A stretch of 62,200 bases of DNA, counting the filler, from Kipferlia bialata (lineage: Eukaryota): NCBI GenBank assembly GCA_003568945.1. It is 5 parts of 5 records of this genome, joined end to end, with 100 filler letters (N's around TTAATTAATTAA, not from the genome) between each part and the next. Parts side by side here need not be neighbours in the genome. Positions count along the whole stretch, not along the records: positions 36,000 to 53,862 come from BDIP01000504.1; positions 53,963 to 60,557 come from BDIP01000518.1; 3 more parts are not named here. The stretch is one strand, 5' to 3'. The notes beneath the pieces are model-generated. The model saw only the letters and a list, made by a program, of their open reading frames with translations, did not search any database and was not told the DNA's origin. A program made the translations under genes and the position numbers. This document shows, piece after piece, positions 40,601 to 54,413 of this stretch (position 1 is its first letter; each line of letters begins with the position of its first letter).

Positions 40601-43600
40601 AAGAGTATGTATATGTGTATATATATATGTAGTATGTATATATATATATACCTGCTCCTCCGAACATGCCTGTCCCAGCGGCTGGTGCTGCAGCTGCGGC
40701 ACCAAAACCTAGACATCAGACTCACAAAAAATAGACACCGTTATTTCGGGTAATAATATTATTATAAATACCCATATCAAACTTCTTGCAAAATCAGATC
40801 TGAATCAATATTGATACCTGTGGCTGGGGTGGTGGTAGACGCAGCGGCGCCAAAGCCTGGAATCAACAAAATATCGAAGAACAAATTGACTCTAATACGG
40901 GAAGAATAATATCACCAATATAGTAATACCCGTCCCAGCTACTCCGAACCCATAAAGAGGAAGAGTATACACCTAACCACATTGCCAAAAAGTTGTAAAT
41001 ACCGAACAGTTCAACTCAATACGTGTGCCATTACCTGTTCCAGCTGTAGCTGCTCCGAACCCAGTGGAAGTGGCAGGGGCAGCAGCGGCACCAAAACCTG
41101 GGGTCATACATGGATAAGGAACTCTTATCTAGAGATTTCATGGAAATAGTCACTATCAGAGTGTATAGTACCTGTTGTGGCAGGGGCAGTGGTAGCAGCA
41201 GCACCGAAACCTAGAAGTGAGATATAGTCAAGACCAATATTCATCACTTGAGTGCATTCATACAAGTAACGCTAAGTATCCATGGAATATATGGAATATA
41301 TATATATATATATATATACCATATATTTACATATTAATACCTGTGGCAGCAGGTGCAGTGGTTGAGGCAGAGGCCCCAAACATGCCTATTGTCAGTGATT
41401 GACACAATACCAATGACAATAGAGGGGGAAGAAGCGATAATGACCGAATGCCGACTGATAACGAAGGGGTACTTGGAGAGAACAGCCTTCGTTGATTAGT
41501 ATAATATAAAGTGAATAGGGTATAGTCTAAAGTATACCTGTGGTGGCTGCAGGTGCGGCAGTAGTAGTGGCAGCAGCGCCAAAGCCTAATGTGAGACTTA
41601 AAAAGGGACACAAGACACAGCGGCGTGTAGATAAGCACATAATGACAATATATATATGTATACATATGCATGTAACAGTGTATACCTGTGGCAGGTGTGG
41701 TTGTAGCAGCCGCGGCAGGGGCTGAGAATCCAAAGCCTATATGTAAGGAGTTGAATAGTTGCCACACTACCAAGATTGTATAATAATCTGCTCCAGGCCA
41801 CTATGATCGATAGATGGTTGGTTGTATAGCAATAGTAAAGACTTCTTATACCTCCTGCGGCAGGTGCGGCAGCTGGTGCTGCAGTGGATGAACCAAACAT
41901 GCCTGGGGGTGAGGATAGGCCAAATACAGTATTTGTACACAGTTCAAACCTAGACATATGAGTGTACTACATAGTATCATACCTGTTCCTGCTGGCTTGG
42001 CGTCTGTGCTGGCAGTGGGTGCTGTGAAGCCAAACCCACCAGCGGCAGGGGCCTCGGCAGGCTTGTCAGCTGAGTGTGAGAATAGGAATCAAGACAAAGA
42101 GATGAGATCAGATACCACGACAGCATAGCTAGATACACATTCATCATGATTAAATAGGTGAATAAATATATAGTATATACCTGCAGCGGGTGCCTTGGGA
42201 GCAGAGAAAGAGAAGGCTCCTGCAGCTGGGGCAGCAGCTGGGGTAAGGAAAGAGAAACCAAAGCAACACCACACGTATGTGTACCCATGCAATCCGACAC
42301 GCGATATATAGAGAGATACATACAGTCAATATTCCTATAGGTATATGCTATATGGTATATAGTACCTGCGGCAGGTGCGGCAGCTGGGGTCTCAGTGGCA
42401 GGGGCAGCTGGGGGTGAGTATATATTCATGATAACAGTACAATTAGAGTGTCCCACACGTATAAACTAAAGTACAAAGTATATTTCAATAATGCTTCGTA
42501 CCTGGTGCCGCTCCGAAGCTGAACCCTCCCGCAGCAGGGGCTGGAGCTGCCTCTAGGGGTCAGTATATACATTGAGTGTCACACTTGTACTATCCTGGAA
42601 CCATACAATGTGGGATCCACATACCCTTGTCGGCCTCCTTAGCGGGTGCCTTGGGTGCAGAGAAGGAGAAACCTCCTGCGGCAGGGGCAGAGGGAGCGGC
42701 AGCTAGCATGAGGGAACAATGAAATACAATAGTAATATATGGACAGTTATAATAACACCATATTCAGATACAGCTATGCATAATTGCATGTAATTATATA
42801 CGGGCAGAGGGACCAGCAGCTGGACATTAGCCTATATACAATGAGCGTGAACAGCACTATATCACATAATGTGTACCTCCGAACATTGGCTTCTCGGCTG
42901 GGGTCTCTGCTGGCTTGGTGGCAGCTGAAGTGAGAAATGAATATATATACACACACACATATATATATATATATATGCACCATGATACCGAACGTGTGTA
43001 TCCGATGGGAATGATAAGAAAGATGAGAGAAGATATAGAGAAATACATGCTACTAGCGAATACGTACCTGCACCGAACATGCCAGTGGAGGCAGGGGCGG
43101 CATCGGCTGCTGGGGTGAGAACTAAGGTACATCAATAAATATGAGATATAATAATAGACCAACCCATTGCAATGAATACATAGTAATATGTGCAAATACC
43201 GTTACCCTTGTCTCCCTCCTTGGCGGGTGCCTTGGGGGCAGAGAAGGAGAAGCCTCCAAGGGCAGGGGCAGCTGGGGCAGCAGCTAGGTATGAGTGTGTA
43301 TCAATACTGAACATGTGACAGTGTTCACATATATATATCTTAGTAGATATACCCCTACCTGTCTCAGCCTTTGCTGCCTCAGTCATAGTGTGTAATAATA
43401 TAGATACACAAATGAAGAGTACTGTCTCAATATATATAGAGACCAATACCTGTCTCAGCCTTTGGTGCCTCAGCTGGGGTCTCAGTCTCAGCCTTCTTGG
43501 GGGCACTGAAGCTGGGAGGGTCAGATTGACTAAGAAACACTCTGTTCACAAACTGTCATACTCTATACCCCATATCCCAATGCGGCATTGTAGCTACACT

Positions 43601-44958
43601 CTAGGATTGGGTATTCGTACCTGAATGCAAAGCCTCCCGCGGCAGGGGCGGCAGGAGCAGCAGGCCTAGAGATGAGGAAAACACTATACCCTACATTCAT
43701 ACTCATTGTGGTGTCAATCCATGTTCTTAATTACTGGTGTCCTTCACAACAAAAGAATAATTCTCAGTATATATAAATAAATGTGTATAATCATAACACT
43801 CACTCTGCTGTCTCCTCCTTCTTCTCAGGTGCCTTGGGTGCACTGAAGGAGAAGCCTCCGATGGCAGGGGTGGTAGAGGGGGCTGGAAGTGAGCTTAAAG
43901 TATATAGGCGATTCTAAACGATATATATATATACTGCCAATACCTGCTGCGGGTGCCGGGGTGTCACTGAATGACACCTTCTTGGCCTCGGGCTTGGCTG
44001 GAGGGTTAGTAAGGTATGAGGGTCAGCACAGTATTAAGAAAACAAGATTCATGATTAGTCTCGGGCTTGGCTGGAGGTCAGCACGGAATACATATGTGAT
44101 AAAAGGGAACACTCATAATAAGGAGAATGAATGGTCAAGCAGTGTTGGCCGGGTCAGTCCGGTATATGTATACATATATATCTAGAGAGAGATATAAAAT
44201 GACTATCCTCCACATCACTAACAGATATATTACCTGTTGCTGCAAATGCTGACATAGTGAATGGTGTCCCCTTGTCCTCCTTGGGCTGGTCGGGCTCAAG
44301 GTCGCCTAGGGATGAGGGATATCGTGTATATATGGTCTGTTAGTATACATGAACACAAATGTGCATATATATATATATATATATATGTGGGTGGTCTGGC
44401 TCAAGGTCGCCTGGGGGGTGAGAGAAGAATTCCCTAGGTTGGTGATACCTCTATATTCATAAACATTATAGTGGAATCAAGGTTATACAAAGGTACACTC
44501 GATACCTAGGCTGAATGCAGGTGGTCTGGGCTTGTCGACCTTGGCCTTGGACTGGGAGTGAGGGGTGATATATATATATATATACAAATATAGTAAAAGA
44601 GTCTATAATACAATCATTGTCGGCCATGGACTGGGGGTGAGACGCGCAAATGATAGATGACTCTGCGACTATACGTATAATAATGTATGTATGAAACATT
44701 TACTCGAGAACCAATATCACCGATCTTGGGAATCGAATGAGTGGTATTAGTTTGTAGTGCATGCATACCTCTCCCACACTGCTGATCTGTGTCTCCCTCT
44801 CCACCTGGGTGGCCCTGGCACCTGCAACGACAGAGGTGCTGAGGCCTAGAGTCAATGAATTTAGTTATACATTGGTACATATGTACACATATATAATGTA
44901 GAGATAGAGACTATGTCTCTGGCACCTGCCACGACAGAGGTGGTGAGGCCTAGTGTAA

Positions 44959-45001
<43 letters not shown>

Positions 45002-45944
45002 CAAGTCCCTGGCACCTGCAACGACTGAGGTGCTGAGGCCTAAAGTTAGTAATGCATTCAGTTTCATATACATTGGTACATATACGCGTATATAAACATG
45101 TATAGAGAGAGAGATTATGCCAATGGCACCTGCAACAACAGAGGTGCTGAGGCCTGGGATAAGAGGGAGAGAGAGAGAGAGAATGAAAGACCTTGGTACC
45201 TGCAACAACAGAGGAGCAACAATAATTACTGTACAATTTGAAATAATATGGAATATAGTACCACCCTGTGCATACCTGTGGCTGTGTTGCCTAGGAACCG
45301 TCTCCTGACCACCTTCACCACTCCGTCGTCCTCGTTCTCTCTCTCTCTCTCTCCATCTCCCTTCTCCTTCTCAACCTCAGCTGCAGAGGGACGGCCCACC
45401 TAGGGGTAAGGACTAAAGTATAATACAATACACTTCTGTAATGATGCACTTAGCTATCATACATGAACCTCAGCTGCAGAGGGACGGCCCACATAGGAGT
45501 TAGAGTTAATATAGTATCATAAATGAAGTACATGACACACATGTATATGCAGTACCCTTACCCTGATGGATGAGGCCAGACTCCTGGACAGAGGCTGGAC
45601 AGAGGCCTTGTCAGAGGGACCTGAGGGTGGGGGTGAGTGACATACGACATAGAACTACCGAATATACACTATATCAACAATATGGAAGAAAATACAAAGA
45701 AAATGAATGAGGGATGATGTTGGTGGAATACTATCACTACCAACAACTTCATTTCGGATGTCAGAGAGGGTCAGAGCGGTACATAGGTATGCGGGTATGT
45801 AAAGACACTTATAGAATACATAGTTGCATGTACTTACCCTTGGCTCCTTGGAAAAGTCCCGGTGGGGCACACATACGCCCTGGGGTCAGATACACTCTTC
45901 ACATGTATATACCGTCAACACTAGCCATCGGCACACTCCCACAA

Positions 45945-45979
<35 letters not shown>

Positions 45980-46360
45980 TATACACACCTGTCTGTCCGA
46001 ATGACATTGTGGGTGAGTCAGGGGTCACCATGTCCAGGGGCTCGGGGGAGCCTGGGTGAATATAGATACTATATCCAATATTGATAAATGTGCATATATA
46101 TATATATACAATGTGTATATAAGTTGTATCATGTCCAGGGGCTCGGGGGAGCCTGGGGGTGAGTTGATATATATATATGTGTATATGTGTGTTTGTGTAC
46201 ATATAGATACAATTCCACTATTGCGGGGAGGCAATCGTGTCAGACAATTGTACTTGTGGAGTGAGGTTACCTGTTGCCAGCTCTCTCTTTCTCTTTGCGG
46301 GTCTCTGCCTGTCCTTCTTATCGACAAGGGCACTCATCCTAGATATCAGTATGGTATATG

Positions 46361-46393
<33 letters not shown>

Positions 46394-46868
46394 TCTGTCC
46401 TTCTTATCGACAAGGACACTCATCCTAGATATCAGTCTGGCAGTATGATATATATATATAGAGAGAGAGAGAGATGGAGAGAGAGAGACAGAGGGAGATA
46501 TAGAGACTCTTGTCGACAAGGGCACTCATCCTAGATATCAGTATGCTGTACAAAGACTTATATGCACATACAGAGAGGGGGGGGGGAGAGGGAGAGAGAG
46601 AGGGAGAGAAAGAGTGAAGTAGCTACCTGAGCACATCATCGAGGGCTGTCTTTGCCTTCTTCTCAGTCTCTGTCTCTGTCTCTCCCTCTCCCTCTCCCTG
46701 TGTCTCTGTCTCCACCTCCTTGGGCTTGGCCTCAAGCACTCTCTGGAGTGAGAGGAATACTATATGCTACTATCATACATAAGTGTATTGAGAAATGATA
46801 ACCTATACATATATATGTATACCTCAGGTGACACCTCCCTCTGCCTCTTCTGCCCCACCCTGGCACTG

Positions 46869-46906
<38 letters not shown>

Positions 46907-47076
46907 CATACATACATACACATACATATACATACCTCTGGCGACACCTCCCTCTGCCTCTTCTGCCCCACCCTGGCACTGTCTGTGACAGAGTCTCTCT
47001 CTCTCTGCCTCTCAATGTCCTTGGCATGCTCAGACACAAGGGGGGTCGGCTGATGTCAGAATATACTAAAGAGGCG

Positions 47077-47107
<31 letters not shown>

Positions 47108-48030
47108 TATCTCAATGTCCTTGGCATGCTCAGAGACAAGGGGGGTGGGCTGGGATCAGTATCTGTATTACAATATACATTAGTGTATATACATAGAGAG
47201 AGCGAAGGAGAGAGTCTCAATGTCCTTGGCATGCTCAGATACTAGGGGGTGGGCTGGGGTCAGCGACAGTTACATTACTATCTGTATATATATGTTCACC
47301 TGCCCCACCCCAAGGCACCCATCCTGACATATAATATATAATATATATAGTACATATATCATATATAATATTTACACTATACCACTATACGATCTATATA
47401 TGGATACTCTCTCTATATACACAATATATGTATATGCTCACCTGCCCCACCCCTGAGGCACCCATCCGGGGCATCACACTCTGCTCCATCTGGGGGGTTA
47501 GGAGATATAATATGTATATGACATGTGATATATAGTATGTGTGTGTGACTAGGGCATCACACTCTGCTCCATCTGGGGGGTGAGTATCTCTATCTAGGGG
47601 GCACACCATAATGGTGCATAGAGAGATCATATCACAGAACTGGCAACAGTCTGTCATATATATATCATATTTATATATCAACATATACCTGCATCTTGTG
47701 GAGGAGTGCCCTCTGGTGGTACACATTGGCCTGGGAGGCACTCTGGCATCAGTTATAGAAGTATACTTGAATGTGTTAATAAAGATCTCTCTCTCTCTAT
47801 ATATATATAAGTATAGGGAGTGGTACACATTGGCCTGGGAGGCACTCTGGGGTGAGGGAGGCGTCCACATTGTATGGCTATTCACTAATCTCTTACATTC
47901 AAGCACAGTTTACCATACATATCCACATACCATATACTGCTGCTGCTGTGCCATGGCCATCTGCTGCATCTGGGCATACTGCATCTGCTGGGCATACTGA
48001 CGGTGAGTACACAATACTAATACAAATATA

Positions 48031-48065
<35 letters not shown>

Positions 48066-49703
48066 ATACGAGTTGTATGGGCATACTGCATCTGCTGGGC
48101 ATACTGGGGGTGAGAACACAATACCTATGTACTGTATATACATTAATGTATGTATATGTATGACAAATGAACTTTAAGAATTGTATGGTCATCTGCTGCA
48201 TCTGCTGGGCATACTGGGGGTGAGGACATAAGACTAATATACTGTATATATATATATATATATATTTGGATGCACTCATATATATATATAAATATACAGG
48301 TACCATACGAATACATACTGTATGGGCATACTGTATCTGCTGGGCATACTGGGGGTGAGGACATAATACTATTATAGTATACTGTATACACACACACACA
48401 TATATATATATGCATATATATATACATATATATATATATGTACCATAAGACTTGTATGGGCATACTGCATCTGCTGGGCATACTAACGGAGAGGACACAC
48501 GACAATGATCTAGTATCCTACAGAAACACCATATACTGCTGTCGGTACTGAATACAAGGAGAACTATACACATACGCCACATTCTGCTGTCACTGTGGGT
48601 TCTGCAGGAATATATATATACAAATAGATAGATTTAGATAATCGTACCATGTACTGCTGCTGGTACTGCTGCTGGTACTGTGGGTACTGCATGTACATGA
48701 CAGGCTGGACAGGGGCCTAGGGGGTAAGAGTGTATATATATACATATAAGGAATATATATATATATGTATACAAATATATTAAGGGTAGGTATATGTACA
48801 TGACAGGCTGGACAGGGGCCTGGGGGTGAGATGTATTCTAATATGCGTACCATATACACTTCTATTTCAATTCACCATGTATATCATGTATACCTGTGGC
48901 TGTGTGTTCTCTGACTCTGTCTCAGTGGAGGGGGCACGCTTGGCCTGATATAAGGGGGTAGAGAGAGCGCAAGTATACCCTACACTATACATATATACCT
49001 GGTGCATAATGGGGTGGAGAGAGACAGAGGTCGACAGGGAGAAAGAGACACAACCACACGCATAATACGGGTAGATGGAGAGAGACTGATAAATGGTAAC
49101 ACTTCCATATACACTACTTGTGTATACCTGAGGGTGGGTGGGGTTGCTGTCCCAGAAATGGTGTGTGATGGGCATATATAGGAGAGAGTATGTAGGTATA
49201 GTATGTGTCATACCTGGGGTGCTGCGGGTGCTGCCTCAGCTGTGGGGGATGCCACATCACGCACAGGCTCTGGGGTGAGGGGAGACCAAGGGTATGTATA
49301 GACACGCATATTAGTGTATTGGTGTATTGGGTGGGTGGGGGGGGGGGGGTAGGTTATCAGAGTAGACATGCACTCTGGTAGCGGTATATACCGGTGCATG
49401 GGGATACATATATGTATGACTAGTATAATGGGACGAATATATGCAGTATGGTACGTACGTACGTACCCCCTGCATTGATCATACATGATTGTAACATGGA
49501 GAGGTCCATCTCACAATAATGAGTATCCTCTAATCATATTCTCCACAAGGTATAAGGCAGCTGTATCAATGTACCCGTCATATATACCCACTGTGTGTGT
49601 GTATCTGCTGGGTGTATGTACCTGGGGATGGCGACCGTCTGCGCCTCCTGAAGAAGGGTATCCTGCTCCTCTTCTTGCCACGCTTCACACTCTCCTTCGC
49701 CAT
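37635..49703 (-). CDS. FG-repeat nucleoporin, Nup1/Nup153/NUP136-like, roughly 55-60 exons
   Basis: Start MAKESVKRGKKRSRIPFFRRRRRSPSP, Q/Y-rich segment, FSFS/FGF repeats, many GFGAAA repeats, terminal exon GSSQRRTLHRARRRLRR*. Confidence 0.8.
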
Positions 49704-50169
49704 TTAGACACTCTCTGGGTACTATGGGTGTGTATGGAGTGGGGGGGACAGTCTCGGATACAGGTCAGCCAGCAGGTAGGGACCCTCAAAGAGAGACGGA
49801 GAGAGACAGAGCTATGCTCAGATATGATTTGTGCGGCACTTTGACAAAAGGGTGCAAGAATACCTATCACAATACGTCTCTCCCTCTCTTTTCGTGAGGT
49901 CCTTACACACTTTGAACCGCATCGCATCTCCTAATAGGCGTGTATCGCACAGGAGAGGTCTCAATCAACACGTTTTTGTGTTGACGGTTAGAGTCTAGAG
50001 GTCAGAGTGACTCCATAGAGAGAGAGAGAGAGAGAGAGAGATGGTGCTGCTGAGCAAGGGTTCCCCCCTCCTGGATGCATCTATTCTGCTGAAGAGGACA
50101 GAGGCATCGGTGCTGGGGTGTGTGCTGCTGGGGCTGCTGGTCCTGATACCAAGGTAACCTATCACCTCC

Positions 50170-50203
<34 letters not shown>

Positions 50204-50300
50204 ACCCCCCCCCCCCTCCCCCCCTCTCCTGCTTTTCCCTCTGTCCATTATGTCGTCTTCCTGGAGTCTGCTTATGCATATGTGTCTATCTCTCACCCCA

Positions 50301-53009
50301 GGAACAGTGAGCGTCTGGCCGACATCTACTACCAGCTGGGAGTGGCAGGCCTTGCCATGTACAGGTCCCAGGCAGCAGTGACAGGTGGGTGTTAACCCCT
50401 ACACAGTAGTATCTATGTATGCTTATATTCAACCGCACTCTTACCCCCAGGTGATGTCGATATGTCCTGCGAGTGCTGTGATGAGGAGGGTGTGTGTGAG
50501 CACGCACCCACAGGCTATGAGCAGTATGTGGTGGATGCCTGTGATGACCAGGACATCGATGAGGACGAGGAGATCCCATCGGACACAGAGGTGCGGCATG
50601 GGGTACCTCTCTCATTGACCAATGAGCCTAGCACCATTCCACTCTCACCAAGATATCATATCCTCCCCCTCCCCCCCCATTTGTTCCTATCAGCTACATA
50701 ACATACCCCCCCCTCTCTCCCCCCAGGACCAGGCCCAGGAGATAGAGGACGAGCTGGAGCAGGAGGCGGACTTCCAGGCCAAGATTGATGCCCTGGTGGC
50801 AGATGGACAGATGGTGGAGGCAACAGAGGAGGAGGAGGGTTCCAGCATCGAGGTAAGCTGTGTCTTTCTCTCTAGTTATTGCCCTGTTACCACATTTGCC
50901 TTACCCTCACCCCAGGATGTTCTGCAGGCATCTGAGGGAGAGACAGAGACAGAGGAGGAGGAGGAGGAGGAGGAGGCTGAGCAGGGAGAGAAGTGTGACC
51001 CAGCAGACTACCTGACACTGGCATTCAGGTGGGATACTATTATGGGTATATACATCCACAATTACCATCATATTACTTCACTGATACCCTTAACCCCTCT
51101 CACCCCCAGGGCACTGGAGTGTGCCAGACAGACCATCGCTGGAGCCAACCTCATCCACGGCAGGTAAGGCATATTGATTTGTATGAATGTATGACAATGG
51201 GGAGTATGTGCATGCGAGGGTGATATACCACTAATGTATCCCCCCCCCCCCTCCCCACCCCCAGCCCCCGCCCCTCCCTTGTCATGCTGGAGGCCAGGGT
51301 GATGCTTGCCCTGTGTGCCATCAAGGCAGAGCTCGAGGAGGCAGGTGTGTATTGTGTATGCATATATCTATCTAGGGGGACATGTGTGTGTGTGAATACA
51401 TATATACTTGTTATGTCTAATCCCAGGCACCGCTGAGTGCTCCCAGGCTCTTGAGCTTCTGGAGTCCCTCCCCGCCTCTGAGGAGAGAGACAGACTGCTG
51501 GTCAGGGCTAAGTTGGGTGGGTGGACATGGTTATAGATACTCGTATCGTATATCCCTCGTTGTCTGACCCCTCAGAGATGGCTGATGCTCTGGCCCTCGA
51601 TGACTGTCTGCTGGACGCCAAGGTATGCAGTGGGGGTATCTCACATATATCCAATAGTGGATATGACTCAGGCTACCTTCCCTCATGCACTGCGATGAGT
51701 ACTCGTATTTGAGTCGTAGTGTCTGTGTAGCGTTCCCACCCCAGGTTGCCTTCACCCACGTGCTGACAGACCTGACTAACGAGCTGGAGAGGCTGGTTAA
51801 GAAGAGGGCCAGCAGAGGATGGGTCAAGAAGGTGGGGGAGTGCAGTGGTGACGCATTAGAATCCACTCATCTATCTGTTTCTCTCTCTCTGACCCCAGGT
51901 TGGGACCATGCTTGTGCCCGGCAAGAGGAGGAGAGAGGAGCTTAGGGAGGAGGAGCTCATGATGCAGCTGCTCGACATCGAGGTGTGTGGGTGTATGTGT
52001 ACATGTGTATATACAGTATGTATCCATTCTGACTCCCAGGGTGATGTGGACATGCTGTCAATTGAGATTGGAGAGCAGCTTGCCATGTCAGACGATGAGG
52101 CAGAGGCAGAGGGAGAGGGAGAGGGAGAGGGAGAGGAGGAGGAGGAGACTGAGGAGGAGGAGAGAGAGGAGAGGAGCTTCGAGGGCGATGTGGAGTCTGA
52201 GCCTGAGACTAGGGCTATTGAGGCTGAAGAGGATGAGGAGGAGTCCACTGAGGTAGAGGCCGAGGCCGAGGCCGAGGTGACAGACAGTGAGGCCACTGTG
52301 GAGGGAGATGCCGATGGGGTGTATCAGGAGGAGAGCACAACATCAGAGCCAGAGGCAGAGGCAGAGGCAGAGGCAGAGGCAGAGGCAGAGGCAGAGGCAG
52401 AGGCNNNNGGCAGAGGCAGAGGCAGAGGCAGAGGCAGAGGCAGAGGCAGAGGCAGAGGCAGAGAAGGAGGAGGAGAGTGAGGAGAGTGAGGAGGAGACTC
52501 AGGAGGAGGAGGCCGCAGAGGAGACAGAGGAGGAGGAGACTGACAGTGAGGCTACTGTGGAGGGAGACGTGTCTCAGGAAGAGAGTGAGTCATCCTCTGA
52601 GGAGGAGGAGGAGGAGGCTGTTGTAGTCCCCATCAGGGCCACCCCCAAGGCTAAGGCCCCCACCCCCAGGGCCAAGGCCATCAAGGCCACTCCCTCCAAG
52701 AAGGCAGCCGGCAGGAAGGTGCTTGTGGAGCTGGTGGAGTCAGACGAGGACAGGAGCGACTCGGACTCTGAGTCCTCTGGCCCCCCCGACCCCACTCTCC
52801 TGGAGGAGGAGGGAGAGGAGTCTAGTGAGGAGGAGGAGGTCAAGGCCCCCTCCCCCAAGAGGGCCCCTGCCCCCAGACGCAGTGCCCGGCTACAGAAGAG
52901 GATGGCACCCAAGGTGGAGAGTGAGAGCGAGAGCGAGAGCGAGAGCGAGAGTGAGGGCAGCGGAGACTCTGACTCTGAGTCCTCCGGGCCTGATATGCCC
53001 ACCGCATAA
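50301..53009 (+). CDS. NASP/Sim3/Hif1-like (SHNi-TPR) histone chaperone with long acidic tail. First exon uncertain (candidate 50041-50153).
   Basis: ERLADIYYQLGVAGLAMYR, an acidic insert, DYLTLAF|RALECARQTI, ARVMLALCAIKAELEEA..SQALELL. This is the interrupted-TPR2 layout of the NASP family. Confidence 0.6.
52350..52462 (+). repeat. (GAGGCA)n coding microsatellite (EA repeat) with 4-N gap
   Basis: Visible hexamer array. The NNNN causes the apparent frame change in the ORF track. Confidence 0.9.
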
Positions 53010-53284
53010 GCTCTCTCTCCTTCCATTTGTCGTGTTTCTTGTATGTCCTATTGTGTTTTGAATATAGATTTGGTGGATCTACTTGACCATGTCGCAGGCT
53101 GGGTACGAAGACTCTATTGGGAAGCATCACTCTCAACAACACAAATACAAACAAAACATATACGAACAGGGATAACAAATCAGGACTCAACCCACTTGGG
53201 CTAGTGAGTGTTTCCGTCTCCAGGCATCATATGATATACAAACCATATCATGTCTCTGAAGCTTAGTCTGCCTGCCTGTGCCCC

Positions 53285-53810
53285 TCACAGACCAGACAGA
53301 AGAGCGGACTCAATGGTGATCTCAGCCTAGGGTCAGGAGTAGACGAGTATGACTGGTAGCACTGATAGTGTACCACACTCCATACCTTGGCCACCGTCCT
53401 CACAAAGTGCACCCCGAATATGACTAGACAGGACTCCAGGCCTGTTAGTACAACGGCATCGAAGAGAACAGACTAGGGGTGAGGAACTAGAGATATATAT
53501 ATAGGGATATGGATAGACAAGTGTATCAGTATCGATAGACTGACTGGGACATATATATACACACCTCCCGTGCTGTGGACTCCAGACTGAAGAAGCAGAG
53601 GTATGTGGTGCAGTAGAGCATCTCAGCCAGAACCAGGATGCATGCCTGGGTCAGAAGAGAATATGAGACAAAGAGAGAGAGAGATAGGGTAAGAGTCAGT
53701 CCCACCTCTATGAGGAGCTTGGGAGAGAGACCCCTCCCGTACAGCTCTGCCTGGTTTCTGTGCCATGTGACCACAGTCAGTATGCCCTGGCCCAGCATCA
53801 CTCCCAGAGA
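53285..53810 (-). CDS. 3' exons of a polytopic membrane protein (5' end cut by contig edge)
   Basis: GVMLGQGILTVVTW..LLIE|ACILVLAEMLYCTTYLCFF..RE|SVLFDAVVLTGLESCLVIFGVHFVRTVAK|AEITIESALLSGL*. Confidence 0.6.
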
Positions 53811-53862
53811 TAGATACACTGCGGTGAGGGTATAACAAGGATAGGAGAGACTAGCGAGTGGG

Positions 53863-53962
53863 NNNNNNNNNNNNNNNNNNNNNNNNNNNNNNNNNNNNNN
53901 NNNNNNTTAATTAATTAANNNNNNNNNNNNNNNNNNNNNNNNNNNNNNNNNNNNNNNNNNNN
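53863..53962. other. Artificial contig spacer
   Basis: N run + TTAATTAATTAA + N run, 100 nt. Confidence 0.97.
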
Positions 53963-54234
53963 TTCACTGCTGCATCCTCCCCCTCGGGTGTGTGTATAGA
54001 CCTAGCCAGACGCTTGATGCCAGGCTCACTCTTGACAGGGACTAGGCCAGTGTCCATGTCACCTTGCTGCACACTACTCCAACCTTTCTACCGGAGCACT
54101 CTCTAGTGCACCCAACCTTGGCACGAGTTGCTAAACGTGTCACGTGTTATTAGTGATACTAATATAGTCTCTGTTACCTTTGGTAGGAAGGAGTGGGTCT
54201 CCTGAGGAGACTCTCCTCGTGACACCCTTTCCAT
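53963..54234 (-). CDS. Possible 5' end of a hypothetical gene running off the contig
   Basis: MERVSRGESPQETHSFLPK|gtaac followed by open frame ..QQGDMDTGLVPVKSEPGIKRLAR.. Confidence 0.3.
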
Positions 54235-54413
54235 GGTGACATGGAATGTAGATAGGTGGTCGAAATGTTCTCAACTTTCAAATCACTTGTCACATATTCT
54301 CAACATCATCACTCGGAATGTCTCTCCAGACAAAAGTGACTTGGCCTCTATTAATACCGTGTATCTACTCTCTAATGAAACATAAGTGATCTCTCTGTCC
54401 TATGAGCTCTTGT

